Positions 38,441-47,933 of a stretch of DNA of 64,000 nucleotides are shown piece after piece. Source of the DNA: an uncultured Ignavibacteria bacterium (GTDB lineage Bacteria; Zixibacteria; MSB-5A5; RBG-16-43-9). Position numbers and translations under genes: made by a program. The notes beneath the pieces were generated by a model. The model was not told the DNA's origin. It searched no databases and saw only the letters and a list, made by a program, of their open reading frames with translations. The stretch covers positions 34,470 through 98,469 of the forward strand of contig CAZEDM010000008.1 of NCBI GenBank assembly GCA_964511075.1, given 5' to 3'. Within the stretch, counting starts at the first letter, position 1; each line of letters begins with the position of its first letter.

Positions 38441-39493
38441 ATGAGATTTTCAGGCAGAGTTTTCATAGGAACACTTCTGACCATGGTGTTCAGCTGGATA
38501 ATGTTCTCAGCGCTTTTCGCCAGCTTGGAGATACCCAAAAGCGACATCATATTTTCGCATAAGAAACACTCAGACCAGCCCTGCACCAACTGCCACCCTC
38601 AGATAGAGGAGAGTGATAAAGCCGGCGATAAAAACCTTCCCTCTATGGATATCTGCACCGAATGCCATGATGGCGAGATGTTGCCGGGCGAATGTTCGGT
38701 CTGCCATAGAGATAAGGAGAACCCCCAGGCACTGGTCAACCCCCAGAGGGATTTTATCTTCTCTCACCAGAAACATCTGCAGAGGAAAACAGAGTGTTCT
38801 TTCTGTCATGGTGACGTGAGCAATAAGGATAAGCTGGATTCCGGGAATATGCCGGATATGGGGAAATGCTACCAATGTCATGAGGGGTTCAAAGCACCAA
38901 ATAACTGCGAGCTCTGTCATACGGAGATGAATTTGAGAAAATATCACCCGGATGACTGGCAACACGCCCACCAATTTCAGGCGGAAATTAAAAAGGAGAA
39001 GTGCATCCAGTGTCACCAGAAGGAGGACCTCTGTCAGAAATGTCATCAGGGAGATAACCTGCTTCAAACCACTCATCCGCTGAACTATTATTATACTCAC
39101 GGACTGGATGCCAAATCCAAAGAAAAGGATTGTCTGTCCTGTCATCTCACCAAGGAGTTCTGCGATAACTGTCATTCCCAAGAAGGTGGAAAACCTTTGA
39201 ACCATTCTATCCCGGGCTGGGGTTTTTCTGGAAAACATGGAGAGTTTGCCAGAAAAGATATGGAATCATGCGCTTCCTGTCACGATACGGCTGACCCTAT
39301 CTGCACCTGGTGTCACCAGGATAAGAATCCCGGCAGAGGGAATGACCATAATATCCACCCTGCGGGTTTTGCCTCCAGTTTGGATAAAGGACCCTGGCAT
39401 GAGGACGAGGGGTATTTCTGCTACGAGTGTCATACTAAAGGACTTAAAGCAGGAGAAGGGTTCTGCGGATATTGCCATGGAGACGGAGATTAA
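38441..39493 (+). CDS. Multihaem cytochrome c with 14 CxxCH motifs
   Basis: N-terminal signal/anchor. 14 CxxCH in 350 aa, many preceded by distal-His FSH.KH segments (c3/c7-like repeats). Confidence 0.85.
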   Translation: MRFSGRVFIGTLLTMVFSWIMFSALFASLEIPKSDIIFSHKKHSDQPCTNCHPQIEESDKAGDKNLPSMDICTECHDGEMLPGECSVCHRDKENPQALVNPQRDFIFSHQKHLQRKTECSFCHGDVSNKDKLDSGNMPDMGKCYQCHEGFKAPNNCELCHTEMNLRKYHPDDWQHAHQFQAEIKKEKCIQCHQKEDLCQKCHQGDNLLQTTHPLNYYYTHGLDAKSKEKDCLSCHLTKEFCDNCHSQEGGKPLNHSIPGWGFSGKHGEFARKDMESCASCHDTADPICTWCHQDKNPGRGNDHNIHPAGFASSLDKGPWHEDEGYFCYECHTKGLKAGEGFCGYCHGDGD

Positions 39494-39601
39494 CCCAGAA
39501 GTTTTTTCACTTGACATAATCTCTTATTTTAGATATAATCAGAACTAAAATTGTCTTTTTTGTGAAGAAAATAACAAGTATCACAAAAGAGAGATTGATT
39601 G

Positions 39602-40054
39602 ATGGCTGAAGAAGGCGAAAAGAAAATCTCCAGGCGGTCTTTTCTGGACCGTCTTATAGTCGGCTCTATGTTCGTATCTGCCTTAGCAGTGCTTGGCTCA
39701 GTTTTGACCTATATTTACCCGCCGAAGAAAGAGGGTGGGGCAGAAAGAGCAGAGAGGGTTGAGGTTGCCTCTTTAGCTGATCTACCTGTTGGCAAAGCCA
39801 AGCCGGTGGTATATCAGAACAAAAATGTCATGGTGATGCACGTGCAGGCTGGGCTTTTTGCCGTGAGTATGAAATGCACTCACCTGGGGTGTATGGTGGA
39901 ATGGGAGGAAGGTCCTCAGACCTTGAAATGTCCCTGCCATGCCGCCTTTTTCGACTATCAGGGAAAGGTGATCTCTGGCCCTGCACCCAAGCCCCTCCCC
40001 GCCTATAAGGTAGAGGTGGCAAATGATATCATATACGTTACCGGATTAGCCTAA
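39602..40054 (+). CDS. petA: Rieske [2Fe-2S] subunit of a cytochrome bc-type complex
   Basis: Tat-like SRRSFLDRL plus transmembrane helix. Rieske boxes CTHLGC and CPCH. Confidence 0.85.
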   Translation: MAEEGEKKISRRSFLDRLIVGSMFVSALAVLGSVLTYIYPPKKEGGAERAERVEVASLADLPVGKAKPVVYQNKNVMVMHVQAGLFAVSMKCTHLGCMVEWEEGPQTLKCPCHAAFFDYQGKVISGPAPKPLPAYKVEVANDIIYVTGLA

Positions 40055-40056
40055 GG

Positions 40057-40800
40057 ATGGATGAGAAGGGAAAAAAGATAGGTCCGAAACTCAAACGCTG
40101 GACTGAGGAGAGATTCAACCTCAGGCAGTTGGTGGGTGTTCTTTTAAATATATTCCCGGTGATCTATGGGGAATTAGATCAGAGATTAGACGTAAAAGAG
40201 GGGTTGCAAAAACTACTCAAGAAGCCGGTACCCAAGGGGTTAAGCTTTCTGCATTGTTTCGGGGGAATGACCTTTCTTCTGTTTGTGATTCAGGTCTTTA
40301 CCGGTATACTTTTAGCCATATATTATAAACCTTCAGCTGCAGATGCCTACACCAGCGTCAAATACATCACCGATACAGTGCCCCTGGGCTGGCTGATAAG
40401 GCAGATCCATGCCTGGGGTGCGAATCTGATGGTAATCACCATGTTCGTACATATGCTGAGGGTGTATTTTCATGGTGCCTTTAAAAATCCCAGGGAGCTG
40501 AACTGGATGGTGGGGACGGTTTTGTTTATACTCACCTTAGCTTTTGGATTTACCGGCTATCTTCTTCCCTGGGATCAGAGGTCCTACTGGGGTACAACCA
40601 TAGGGACTGAGGTAGCAGGCGGTGTTCCCTTTATCGGTAAATATCTTCTGATTATCCTGAGAGGCAGCCTCAACGTGACCGGTGATACTTTAACCCGGTT
40701 TTATTCTGTGCATGTCCTTATACTTCCCTGGGTGACAGCTCTTTTTCTGGCGCTTCATTTCGCCATGGTGAAAAGGCAGGGGGTTGCCAAACCTCTGTAA
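40057..40800 (+). CDS. petB: Cytochrome b6-like subunit (N-terminal half of split cytochrome b)
   Basis: Four-helix cytochrome b N-terminal pattern with conserved His pairs (RQIHAWGANLMV...FVHMLRVYFHGAF; GYLLPWDQ.S.W). Confidence 0.8.
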   Translation: MDEKGKKIGPKLKRWTEERFNLRQLVGVLLNIFPVIYGELDQRLDVKEGLQKLLKKPVPKGLSFLHCFGGMTFLLFVIQVFTGILLAIYYKPSAADAYTSVKYITDTVPLGWLIRQIHAWGANLMVITMFVHMLRVYFHGAFKNPRELNWMVGTVLFILTLAFGFTGYLLPWDQRSYWGTTIGTEVAGGVPFIGKYLLIILRGSLNVTGDTLTRFYSVHVLILPWVTALFLALHFAMVKRQGVAKPL

Positions 40801-40837
40801 AAATAGTGAGAAGTTAAAGGGAATACGAAGGGATAAG

Positions 40838-41326
40838 ATGGAAGCAGAGAAAGAGAAGAAAAACAATGAGGGGATGGAAGAGGGAAAGCCTTTTTATCCT
40901 AATCATTTCCTGAAGGAAGTTATCGTAGCTTTCCTTCTTTTTGGGGTTCTCCTAAGCTTAGCTGTTTTTTTCCCCTTTCCTTTTCATGAGAAAGCTAATC
41001 CCTTTCAAACCCCTGAGGGGATCAAGCCGGAATGGTATTTTCTGGCTGGGTATCAGATGTTGAAATATGTGCCTAAGGTGGTGGGGATTGTGGGGATAGG
41101 AATTGTGATGGTTATTCTTTTTATAGTTCCCTTCCTTGAAAGAAGTCCAGAACGTCATCCTTCGAAAAGGAGATTTGCCCGAGCGATTGGTGTGGTGGTG
41201 ATAATTTTCGCTGTCCTCTTTTCACTCTTGGGCTATCTATCTGAATCGACTCAGACTGTTTTGGGAAAGAAATATCATTTCGATCTAAAAGGGGTTCCCT
41301 ATAAAGTTGAGGAGCCAAAAAAATAG
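40838..41326 (+). CDS. petD: Subunit IV-like protein (C-terminal half of split cytochrome b)
   Basis: PEWYFLAGYQMLKYVPK matches the cytochrome b C-terminal/subunit IV PEWY motif. Three transmembrane helices. Start placed at the ATG after the petB stop. Confidence 0.7.
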   Translation: MEAEKEKKNNEGMEEGKPFYPNHFLKEVIVAFLLFGVLLSLAVFFPFPFHEKANPFQTPEGIKPEWYFLAGYQMLKYVPKVVGIVGIGIVMVILFIVPFLERSPERHPSKRRFARAIGVVVIIFAVLFSLLGYLSESTQTVLGKKYHFDLKGVPYKVEEPKK

Positions 41327-42583
41327 ATGAGAAGGGACATTTTTAGAAAAATCAGCCTGCTGGTAATAACCGTTTTTTTCTTCTATAGGCCTGTCCTTCC
41401 CCAGGACATTGAATCGTATTCCTGTATGGTCTGTCACGGTGAAAAGAAGGTGGAATATCTGAAGAGCATCCATTGGGAGAAGGAGATGTGGTGCGCTGAT
41501 TGTCATGGTGGAGACCCTTCCAGCCTGGATCCAGAGGTTTCCATGTCAGCTAGGGCCGGGTTCAAGGGAAGGTTTACCAAAAAAGAGGTGGTTTACCTGT
41601 GCGGAAATTGTCACGCGGACAAAAAAAGGATGAGACAATACGGGATATCCACTGATCAGTTAGATTATTACCGTACGAGTGAGCATGGAATAGCTCTTCT
41701 TAAAAAGAACGATCCGAGTGTGGCTGGATGCGTGGACTGCCATGGTAGCCACAGCATTACCTCCGTGAAAGACCCGGAGAACAAGGTTTTCCCCACTAAT
41801 CTTCCCCAGACTTGCGCCATGTGCCATTCGGACAAAAAACTCATGGAGAAATATGGTCTGCCTTACAATACCTTAGAGGAATATGTCTCAAGCGTTCACG
41901 GTAAGGCGCTTTTGGAGAAAAACGACAGGTCAGCTCCTACCTGTGCAGGTTGTCACAGTAGCCATGGTGCAGCTCCTCCTGGTGTTACAGAGATAGAGAA
42001 TGTGTGCGGGAAATGCCATATCAATTCAGAGACGAATTTCGCCAAGAGCCCACATCTGGAGGCTATGAGGAAGATGAATCTGTCACAGTGCGCCTCCTGC
42101 CACCAGCATCACTCTATTAAATATCCAGATATATCCATGTTCGATCAGGTATGTTCAAATTGCCACGAGCCCGGATCAGGCGCCTATAAGAGAGGACAGC
42201 AGATAAAAGCTCTGATCCTGGAGGCACAGGACCAGATACAGAAGGCAAAGGAGTTAATCCAGAAGGGCAAATCCAGGGGACTGGATGTCTCTCAGTTCGA
42301 GCCTGAATTGGAACAAGCCAATACCGCCATGTTGCAGGTTCTGCCAGTAACTCACAGTCTGGTCCTCTCTAAGGTCGAGGAGATAACCAGCAGCGCCAGA
42401 ACCTTAGCCGGAGAGATATCCGCTTCCGTTCACAACTATCTGGAATCATTACGCCTGAGAAAGGTGGGGTTAGGGATTGTCTGGCTTTTTATCTTTTTCG
42501 TGGTGGTGATATTGTATATAAAGGTGAAGAGGGCAGATAGTGAATTCGAATTAGCTCAGCAAAAAAATAAAGGAAAAGACTGA
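41327..42583 (+). CDS. Membrane-anchored 9-haem cytochrome c, the likely c-type subunit of the bc complex
   Basis: Nine CxxCH. C-terminal transmembrane helix LGIVWLFIFFVVVILYI. Start abuts the petD stop. Confidence 0.8.
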   Translation: MRRDIFRKISLLVITVFFFYRPVLPQDIESYSCMVCHGEKKVEYLKSIHWEKEMWCADCHGGDPSSLDPEVSMSARAGFKGRFTKKEVVYLCGNCHADKKRMRQYGISTDQLDYYRTSEHGIALLKKNDPSVAGCVDCHGSHSITSVKDPENKVFPTNLPQTCAMCHSDKKLMEKYGLPYNTLEEYVSSVHGKALLEKNDRSAPTCAGCHSSHGAAPPGVTEIENVCGKCHINSETNFAKSPHLEAMRKMNLSQCASCHQHHSIKYPDISMFDQVCSNCHEPGSGAYKRGQQIKALILEAQDQIQKAKELIQKGKSRGLDVSQFEPELEQANTAMLQVLPVTHSLVLSKVEEITSSARTLAGEISASVHNYLESLRLRKVGLGIVWLFIFFVVVILYIKVKRADSEFELAQQKNKGKD

Positions 42584-42608
42584 GTTCTCAACAGAGGTGT
42601 CCATTTAG

Positions 42609-42647
42609 TAAAACCGATGCCTTTTCACCGAGGTGTCGGTTTTATTC
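42609..42647 (+). terminator. Possible rho-independent terminator (stem with two G.U pairs, then a T-run)
   Basis: AAACCGATGCC-loop-GGTGTCGGTTTTATT. Confidence 0.35.
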
Positions 42648-42670
42648 CGTTAGTTTAGAAGGGTGCGGAG

Positions 42671-44677
42671 ATGAGACTGGATTTTTTCAAGCAGGAAAAA
42701 TTTAAGAAGAGAATGATCAGGGCGGGCAAAGTTCTTCTGGCTCTTTTAGTCTTTGGGGTTATTTTAACCTTCATAGGCGTGGAATACAGCGCCAAGCCGG
42801 AGTTCTGCATCACCTGTCATTATATGCAGCCCTATTATGACGGCTGGAAAACCTCCACCCATAACATGGTCTCCTGCGTGGACTGTCACTACCCACCGGG
42901 AATAGAAAGCGAGCTGAGAGGTAAGTTCGAGGCCTTAGTCTCAGTGGCTAAATATGTTACCGGCACCTACGGAAAAAGCAGACCCTGGGTGGAGATAAGT
43001 GACCAGAGCTGCCTGAGGTCTGACTGTCATGAGAAAAGACTGCTTCAGGGCAAGGTGAGCTTTGGGAATATCCTTTTCGACCATACTCCACATCTGTTTG
43101 AAATGAAAAGGGGGATGAAGCTGCGCTGTACCAGCTGTCACTCTCAGATAGTCCAGAGAGTCCATATGACAGTCACCAATAACACCTGTTTCCTCTGTCA
43201 TTTTAAGGAAGTTGAAGGAGAGATGCCCCTGGGCGGATGTCCCTCCTGTCATGGTGCTCCAACCTCGATAGTGGAATATCAGGGGATAAAATTTGATCAT
43301 AAAGAGGCGGTGAAGCTCGGAATAGACTGCATGAAATGTCATTTTGATGTGGTGCAGGGACAGGGGAACGTCTCCAAAGAGAGATGTTTTAACTGCCATA
43401 CTGAGCCTGACCGTCTGGAGAAATACCAGGACGTTTTGCTGATGCATATGTATCATGTGACCAACCATAAGGTAGACTGTTTGAGATGTCACGAGGAGAT
43501 CAAGCATCAGATGATCTCTATGGCGAAGTCCATAGAGGTGGATTGCAACTCCTGTCATCCAGCTCATCATGTGGCTCAGAAGGAGCTTTTCATAGGGACA
43601 GGCGGAAAAGGAGCAGAGCAGATTCCTGACCCCATGTTCCTTGTGCGGGTGAGCTGTACAGGCTGTCATATCTCTCACCAGGGAGATGAACTTAAAGGAA
43701 AGACTGCCTTTGCCTCACCGGCTGCCTGTATCTCATGCCACGGGTCGAATTACGGGCAGATCCTGGAGGAGTGGAAGATGGTAATGAGCAAATCGCTTTC
43801 CCAGATATCTCCGATTTTAAGCCAGGCGGAATCCGAACTGAAGACAACTGCAACCAAGGGGGAGGCTTTTCTAAAAGGCAAGGCACTGATAAGCGAAGCC
43901 AAATCCAATATAGATCTGGTGAGGGAGGGTAAGGGGGTACACAACATAAAATACTCCATCCATCTTTTGGAAGTTGCTCATCAGAAGCTCAAACAGGGAT
44001 TGAAGGCACTCGGTTCTAAATATCAGGTCCCCGCATTGGCCTTGCCTTCGCTAACTCCCAAGACCGAGTGCTATACCTGTCATTTAGGGGTAGAGACCAA
44101 GACCGTTTCAGCCTTCGGGTTGACCTTTCCCCATCAGGCACATTTAGTTAAAGCCAATATACCCTGCGGAAGCTGTCATTCCAATGAAAGAGTACATGGA
44201 GAGCTGATTCTGAAGAAGGAGAGTTGTACCAGCTGTCATCACATCAAAAGAGGAGACTGCCAGGGCTGTCATCCGGTTCAGGAGGAATTTCGCCAGGGAT
44301 TTGAGGTTTTGGATTATGACTCAATCCCCGCCCCTATGGCGGATTTAAGTTGCAAGGACTGTCATTCCGAGATTGAATTTCAGCAGACATCAAGGGTAGT
44401 CAGAGATGCCTGTGTCAACTGTCATGATAAAGATTATATCCAGATTCTGGAGGAACAGCAGCAGGAGATAAAAGAGCGTATACAGGAAGCAAGGGATTTT
44501 GTGTCCCGCTTTGAGGGAAAAGGGAAGCTCAGCTCTGAGCAGCAGGAGAAAATAGATTATATTCAGGAAAGAATAGACCTGATGGAAAAGGACAAAAGCC
44601 TTGGCGGCCATAATTATAACTTAAACCAGAGAATGCTTGAGGATATCAAAGGGGTGATGGAGGAGTTAGGAGGTTAG
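42671..44677 (+). CDS. NapC/NirT/NrfH-like membrane quinol dehydrogenase fused to a large multihaem domain (17 CxxCH + 1 CX4CH) with C-terminal coiled coil
   Basis: N-terminal transmembrane helix then CITCH...CVDCH...CLRSDCH...CTSCH (NapC-like tetrahaem layout), followed by 14 further CxxCH. 668 aa. Confidence 0.8.
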   Translation: MRLDFFKQEKFKKRMIRAGKVLLALLVFGVILTFIGVEYSAKPEFCITCHYMQPYYDGWKTSTHNMVSCVDCHYPPGIESELRGKFEALVSVAKYVTGTYGKSRPWVEISDQSCLRSDCHEKRLLQGKVSFGNILFDHTPHLFEMKRGMKLRCTSCHSQIVQRVHMTVTNNTCFLCHFKEVEGEMPLGGCPSCHGAPTSIVEYQGIKFDHKEAVKLGIDCMKCHFDVVQGQGNVSKERCFNCHTEPDRLEKYQDVLLMHMYHVTNHKVDCLRCHEEIKHQMISMAKSIEVDCNSCHPAHHVAQKELFIGTGGKGAEQIPDPMFLVRVSCTGCHISHQGDELKGKTAFASPAACISCHGSNYGQILEEWKMVMSKSLSQISPILSQAESELKTTATKGEAFLKGKALISEAKSNIDLVREGKGVHNIKYSIHLLEVAHQKLKQGLKALGSKYQVPALALPSLTPKTECYTCHLGVETKTVSAFGLTFPHQAHLVKANIPCGSCHSNERVHGELILKKESCTSCHHIKRGDCQGCHPVQEEFRQGFEVLDYDSIPAPMADLSCKDCHSEIEFQQTSRVVRDACVNCHDKDYIQILEEQQQEIKERIQEARDFVSRFEGKGKLSSEQQEKIDYIQERIDLMEKDKSLGGHNYNLNQRMLEDIKGVMEELGG

Positions 44678-44904
44678 AATTTATTTACCTTTTGTCAGCA
44701 TAAGATTAGGAAGATTTACATGTTGCGTTGAATAGTGATGTTGATAGTCAAAAAAAATGAACCCTTGCGATACAGGTCAGATTGAGATCCCATTCTATTC
44801 AGGAAGTAACGAGATATTGGAGGGCGATGGTAGTTTTACTCATCTTAAGTGGATTTTTACGTATACTCTAAGTTGGATAAGAAAACAGAGGAGAGAAAAG
44901 AAAA

Positions 44905-45270
44905 ATGAAGTTAAAATATGTTGTAGGCCTAGGGGTGATCTTGGTATTCATAATTTTTGGTGCCTTATCTTTCAGGAAGAACCTTACCCCTTATGTGGGG
45001 TTCAAGGAAGCCAAGAGCTTAAACACCTCTGTGCAGATAATAGGTGTGGTGATACCGGAGGAGACCAGTTATGACCTTGAAAATCATAAGCTCTACTTCA
45101 GCTTGAAAGACCCTCAAGGCGAAAAGATGCGAGTTATTTATCCGGGGGTTAAACCGGCTAATTTCGAGCAGGCTACTAATATCGTGGCTATTGGCAGATA
45201 TCAGGAAGGGGAATTTTTAGCTGATCAGGTTCTGGTCAAATGCCCCTCCAAATATCAGGGAGAAGATTAA
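44905..45270 (+). CDS. ccmE: Cytochrome c maturation haem chaperone CcmE, Cys-variant (CxxxY instead of HxxxY)
   Basis: N-terminal anchor. OB-fold core (VQIIGVV...YFSLKD..GEKMRVIYPGVKPANFEQATNIVAIGRY). C-terminal KCPSKY. Confidence 0.75.
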   Translation: MKLKYVVGLGVILVFIIFGALSFRKNLTPYVGFKEAKSLNTSVQIIGVVIPEETSYDLENHKLYFSLKDPQGEKMRVIYPGVKPANFEQATNIVAIGRYQEGEFLADQVLVKCPSKYQGED

Positions 45271-47451
45271 ATGGTTTTAGGAGACTTATTTTTATGGCTG
45301 TGTTTTGTAGGGGCAGTTTTTTCTGCCCTTCTTTTTCTTTTGAGCGCCAAAGGGGATAGGAGGATATTCTCCTGGGGTAAAAAAGCTTATTACCTGACTT
45401 TCCTTTTTTCCTCCTTTGCCACTTTTCTCCTTTTTTATCTTTTTTTAACTCATGATTTTCAAACCTCCTATGTATTCAGTTACAGCTCAACCGATCTGCC
45501 ATTCTTTTACCTTATTTCCTCTTTCTGGGCGGGGCAGGAGGGGACCTTCCTCTTATGGCTTTTCATCGGACTTCTTTTGGGCCTTTTCCTGATTAACAGA
45601 AAGGGAGACGAGCTGCAAAGTCATCTTTTGTTTTTCTTCCTTACAGCTCAGATATTCCTGCTGGTTTTGCTTTTAAAGAAAAGCCCTTTTGAGCTTTTGC
45701 CAGAAACGCCCCTGGAGGGCCGGGGCCTTAACCCCCTTTTGAAAGACCCCTGGATGGTATCACACCCTCCTTTGATCTTCATCGGCTATGCCGCGCTGGC
45801 TATTCCCTTTGCCTATGCCTTGGCAGCCTTGATCAAGGATAAATATGATAGCTGGATAAAATTCTCCCTGCCCTGGGTTGGATTTTCAGCGCTGAGCTTG
45901 GGTGCTGGGATTTTCGTGGGAGGATTCTGGGCTTATAAGGTCTTAGGATGGGGAGGGTACTGGGGGTGGGACCCGGTGGAGAATGCCTCGTTGATTCCCT
46001 GGCTCACCACCATAGCTTTATTTCATGGAATTATTCTGGAGAGAAATAAAAAAAGTCTAAAAAAGACCAATCTTTTCCTTGCCCTGATCTCATTTCTCTT
46101 GGTTATCTATGGCACCTTTCTTACCCGCAGTGGGATCTTAGCTGATTTCTCTGTTCATTCCTTTGCTGATCTGGGGATTAATCAGTATCTTATTTTCTTT
46201 ATGCTTTTGTTTACTGCCTTCTCCTTGGGTCTTTTGGCTTTTCGCTCTTCAAAGCTAAAGGGTGCGGAAACTGGCAAATCCATTCTATCTCAGGACTTCG
46301 TCATCCTTCTGGGAATGATCTTTATATCCTTATCCGCGGTCTTGATCCTGGTTGGAACCTCCGCTCCTATCATAACCGGGATCTTGGGCCAAGCCTCAAA
46401 TGTCTCTGCGCCCTATTATGTCCGAACACATCTACCCCTTGCCATTGTTTTGGGATTACTCTTAAGCCTTACGCCATTTTTATCCTGGAAGGAGATAAAA
46501 GTCAAAGTGTTAGCAAGGAATATAGCTCTTCCCCTGGGGATTGCCGTGATCTTCTCACTCATAGCCTGGATATCGGGAGTAAGAAAATTATCCTATTTTC
46601 TCTTCCTCTTTTTTTCAAGCTTCCTTGTGATTTCGAATTTAATGATTTTTTACAAAAGGTTAAAAGGAAATCTCCTCAACACCTCAGGTTATTTAACCCA
46701 TATAGGGGTAGGCTTAATGTTCATAGGTATCCTCACCTCTTCCGCATATTCCGAATCTGAGAAACTGAACCTACCAGAAGATGAGCCCAAGGCAGCATTC
46801 GGTTATCAGCTTACATTTAGGGGCGAGGAGAATCCATCTCCCAAAGAGGGGAATTCTCTTTTAGTAGAAGTGAAAAAGGGAACAGATGACTTCATTGCCA
46901 AACCCAGGCTTTACTGGAGCGAATATAGTCAGGCGATGATGAGAAAACCAGCCATCAAAAGAAAGCTGACCGAAGATATCTATTTTGCGCCGCTGGAATA
47001 CAGCCAAAGGGAGCTTATCTTCTCTGAGCCCTTTAGCTTATCCAAGGGAGAGGAAAAGGAGATCGAGGGGTATAAGATTAAATTCCTAAGTTTTGATATG
47101 ACGCCACACCAGCAGGGTGGAGAGTTCAGGGTCGGGGCTGTGCTGGAGGTCAAGCACCAGGGCCAGAAATCAACTGCCACGCCAGCCATTGTTTTCAAAG
47201 AACAGAATCAGATGGCCCAGATAGAAGCTCAATTGCCAGACGACAAGCTGATCTTTTTGGAAAAGGTGATGGCTGATCAGAAGATGGTAGTTCTCAGTAT
47301 CGCCCTGAGGAAAAAAGAGAGTGGAGAGATTCTGGTATTGGAGGTCAGCAGAAAGCCTTTAATTAACCTTCTATGGCTGGGCATGATCGTGGTTATGGCA
47401 GGACTTTTTTTAACTACCTGGAGGGAGAAGCAAAGAAGCCCAAAACCATAG
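45271..47451 (+). CDS. ccmF: Cytochrome c-type biogenesis protein CcmF (System I haem lyase component)
   Basis: WWD domain WGGYWGWDPVENASLIPW. Polytopic membrane protein. 726 aa. Confidence 0.85.
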   Translation: MVLGDLFLWLCFVGAVFSALLFLLSAKGDRRIFSWGKKAYYLTFLFSSFATFLLFYLFLTHDFQTSYVFSYSSTDLPFFYLISSFWAGQEGTFLLWLFIGLLLGLFLINRKGDELQSHLLFFFLTAQIFLLVLLLKKSPFELLPETPLEGRGLNPLLKDPWMVSHPPLIFIGYAALAIPFAYALAALIKDKYDSWIKFSLPWVGFSALSLGAGIFVGGFWAYKVLGWGGYWGWDPVENASLIPWLTTIALFHGIILERNKKSLKKTNLFLALISFLLVIYGTFLTRSGILADFSVHSFADLGINQYLIFFMLLFTAFSLGLLAFRSSKLKGAETGKSILSQDFVILLGMIFISLSAVLILVGTSAPIITGILGQASNVSAPYYVRTHLPLAIVLGLLLSLTPFLSWKEIKVKVLARNIALPLGIAVIFSLIAWISGVRKLSYFLFLFFSSFLVISNLMIFYKRLKGNLLNTSGYLTHIGVGLMFIGILTSSAYSESEKLNLPEDEPKAAFGYQLTFRGEENPSPKEGNSLLVEVKKGTDDFIAKPRLYWSEYSQAMMRKPAIKRKLTEDIYFAPLEYSQRELIFSEPFSLSKGEEKEIEGYKIKFLSFDMTPHQQGGEFRVGAVLEVKHQGQKSTATPAIVFKEQNQMAQIEAQLPDDKLIFLEKVMADQKMVVLSIALRKKESGEILVLEVSRKPLINLLWLGMIVVMAGLFLTTWREKQRSPKP

Positions 47452-47627
47452 TCCATATATGAGAAAAGACCAGGTTAGATAAAAATCTCCGGATTTTTTA
47501 AGTTGTATCTGACTCTCCGGAATTAGTTCCTGCATAAAAATATATCAATTTGCGTCATCTGGACTGTTTCAGCTGGTTCACGTTCACGATGTAAAGTCGA
47601 AGCCGATTTTTTTAATTTCCCTACTGG

Positions 47628-47815
47628 CAGATTCTGTCTAGGCAGTCACAACCGATATTTAAAGGGGAGCCTTGCAGGTAGCCTAATTCCTCCAGGACAA
47701 ATGGCTACTCAAAGTTTTTATATCTTTCCTCATAGGAAATATGTTGCTCATTGGAATAACTCCTTGTTTCCTGAATTAGGTGCTTTAAAAACGGGGAAGA
47801 GGTAATATACTAAGA
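47628..47815 (-). pseudogene. Degenerate 5' fragment of an AMP-ligase gene, paralogous to the start of 24121-25878
   Basis: About 80% nucleotide identity to 25700-25880. In-frame TAG where the intact gene has TGG (E-W-P becomes E-stop-P), and TAA upstream of the internal Met. No continuing ORF. Confidence 0.5.
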
Positions 47816-47896
47816 AAGTTTATACAAGCCCAAAAAACGGCAGAATATGGTTTTTAGATTATCTACCATCCGCTATGAACCAGAGACCATTAGTCA

Positions 47897-47932
47897 AAAA
47901 AATCCTCTCACAAAGAGTGAGAGGATTTTTTT
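47897..47932. terminator. Bidirectional rho-independent terminator (A7-stem-T7) immediately 3' of tRNA-Lys
   Basis: AAAAAAATCCTCTCACaaagaGTGAGAGGATTTTTTT. Confidence 0.55.
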
Positions 47933-47933
47933 C

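Noticed and set aside
38570-39238. 222-aa ORF antisense to the 14-haem cytochrome gene
   Set aside because: The sense strand encodes 14 regularly spaced CxxCH motifs with a signal peptide. The antisense ORF has no recognisable features and is an artefact of low stop-codon frequency in that frame.
42941-43678. 245-aa ORF antisense to the NapC-fused multihaem gene
   Set aside because: Same reasoning: the plus-strand haem-motif periodicity is decisive. The minus-strand protein is His/Met-rich nonsense.
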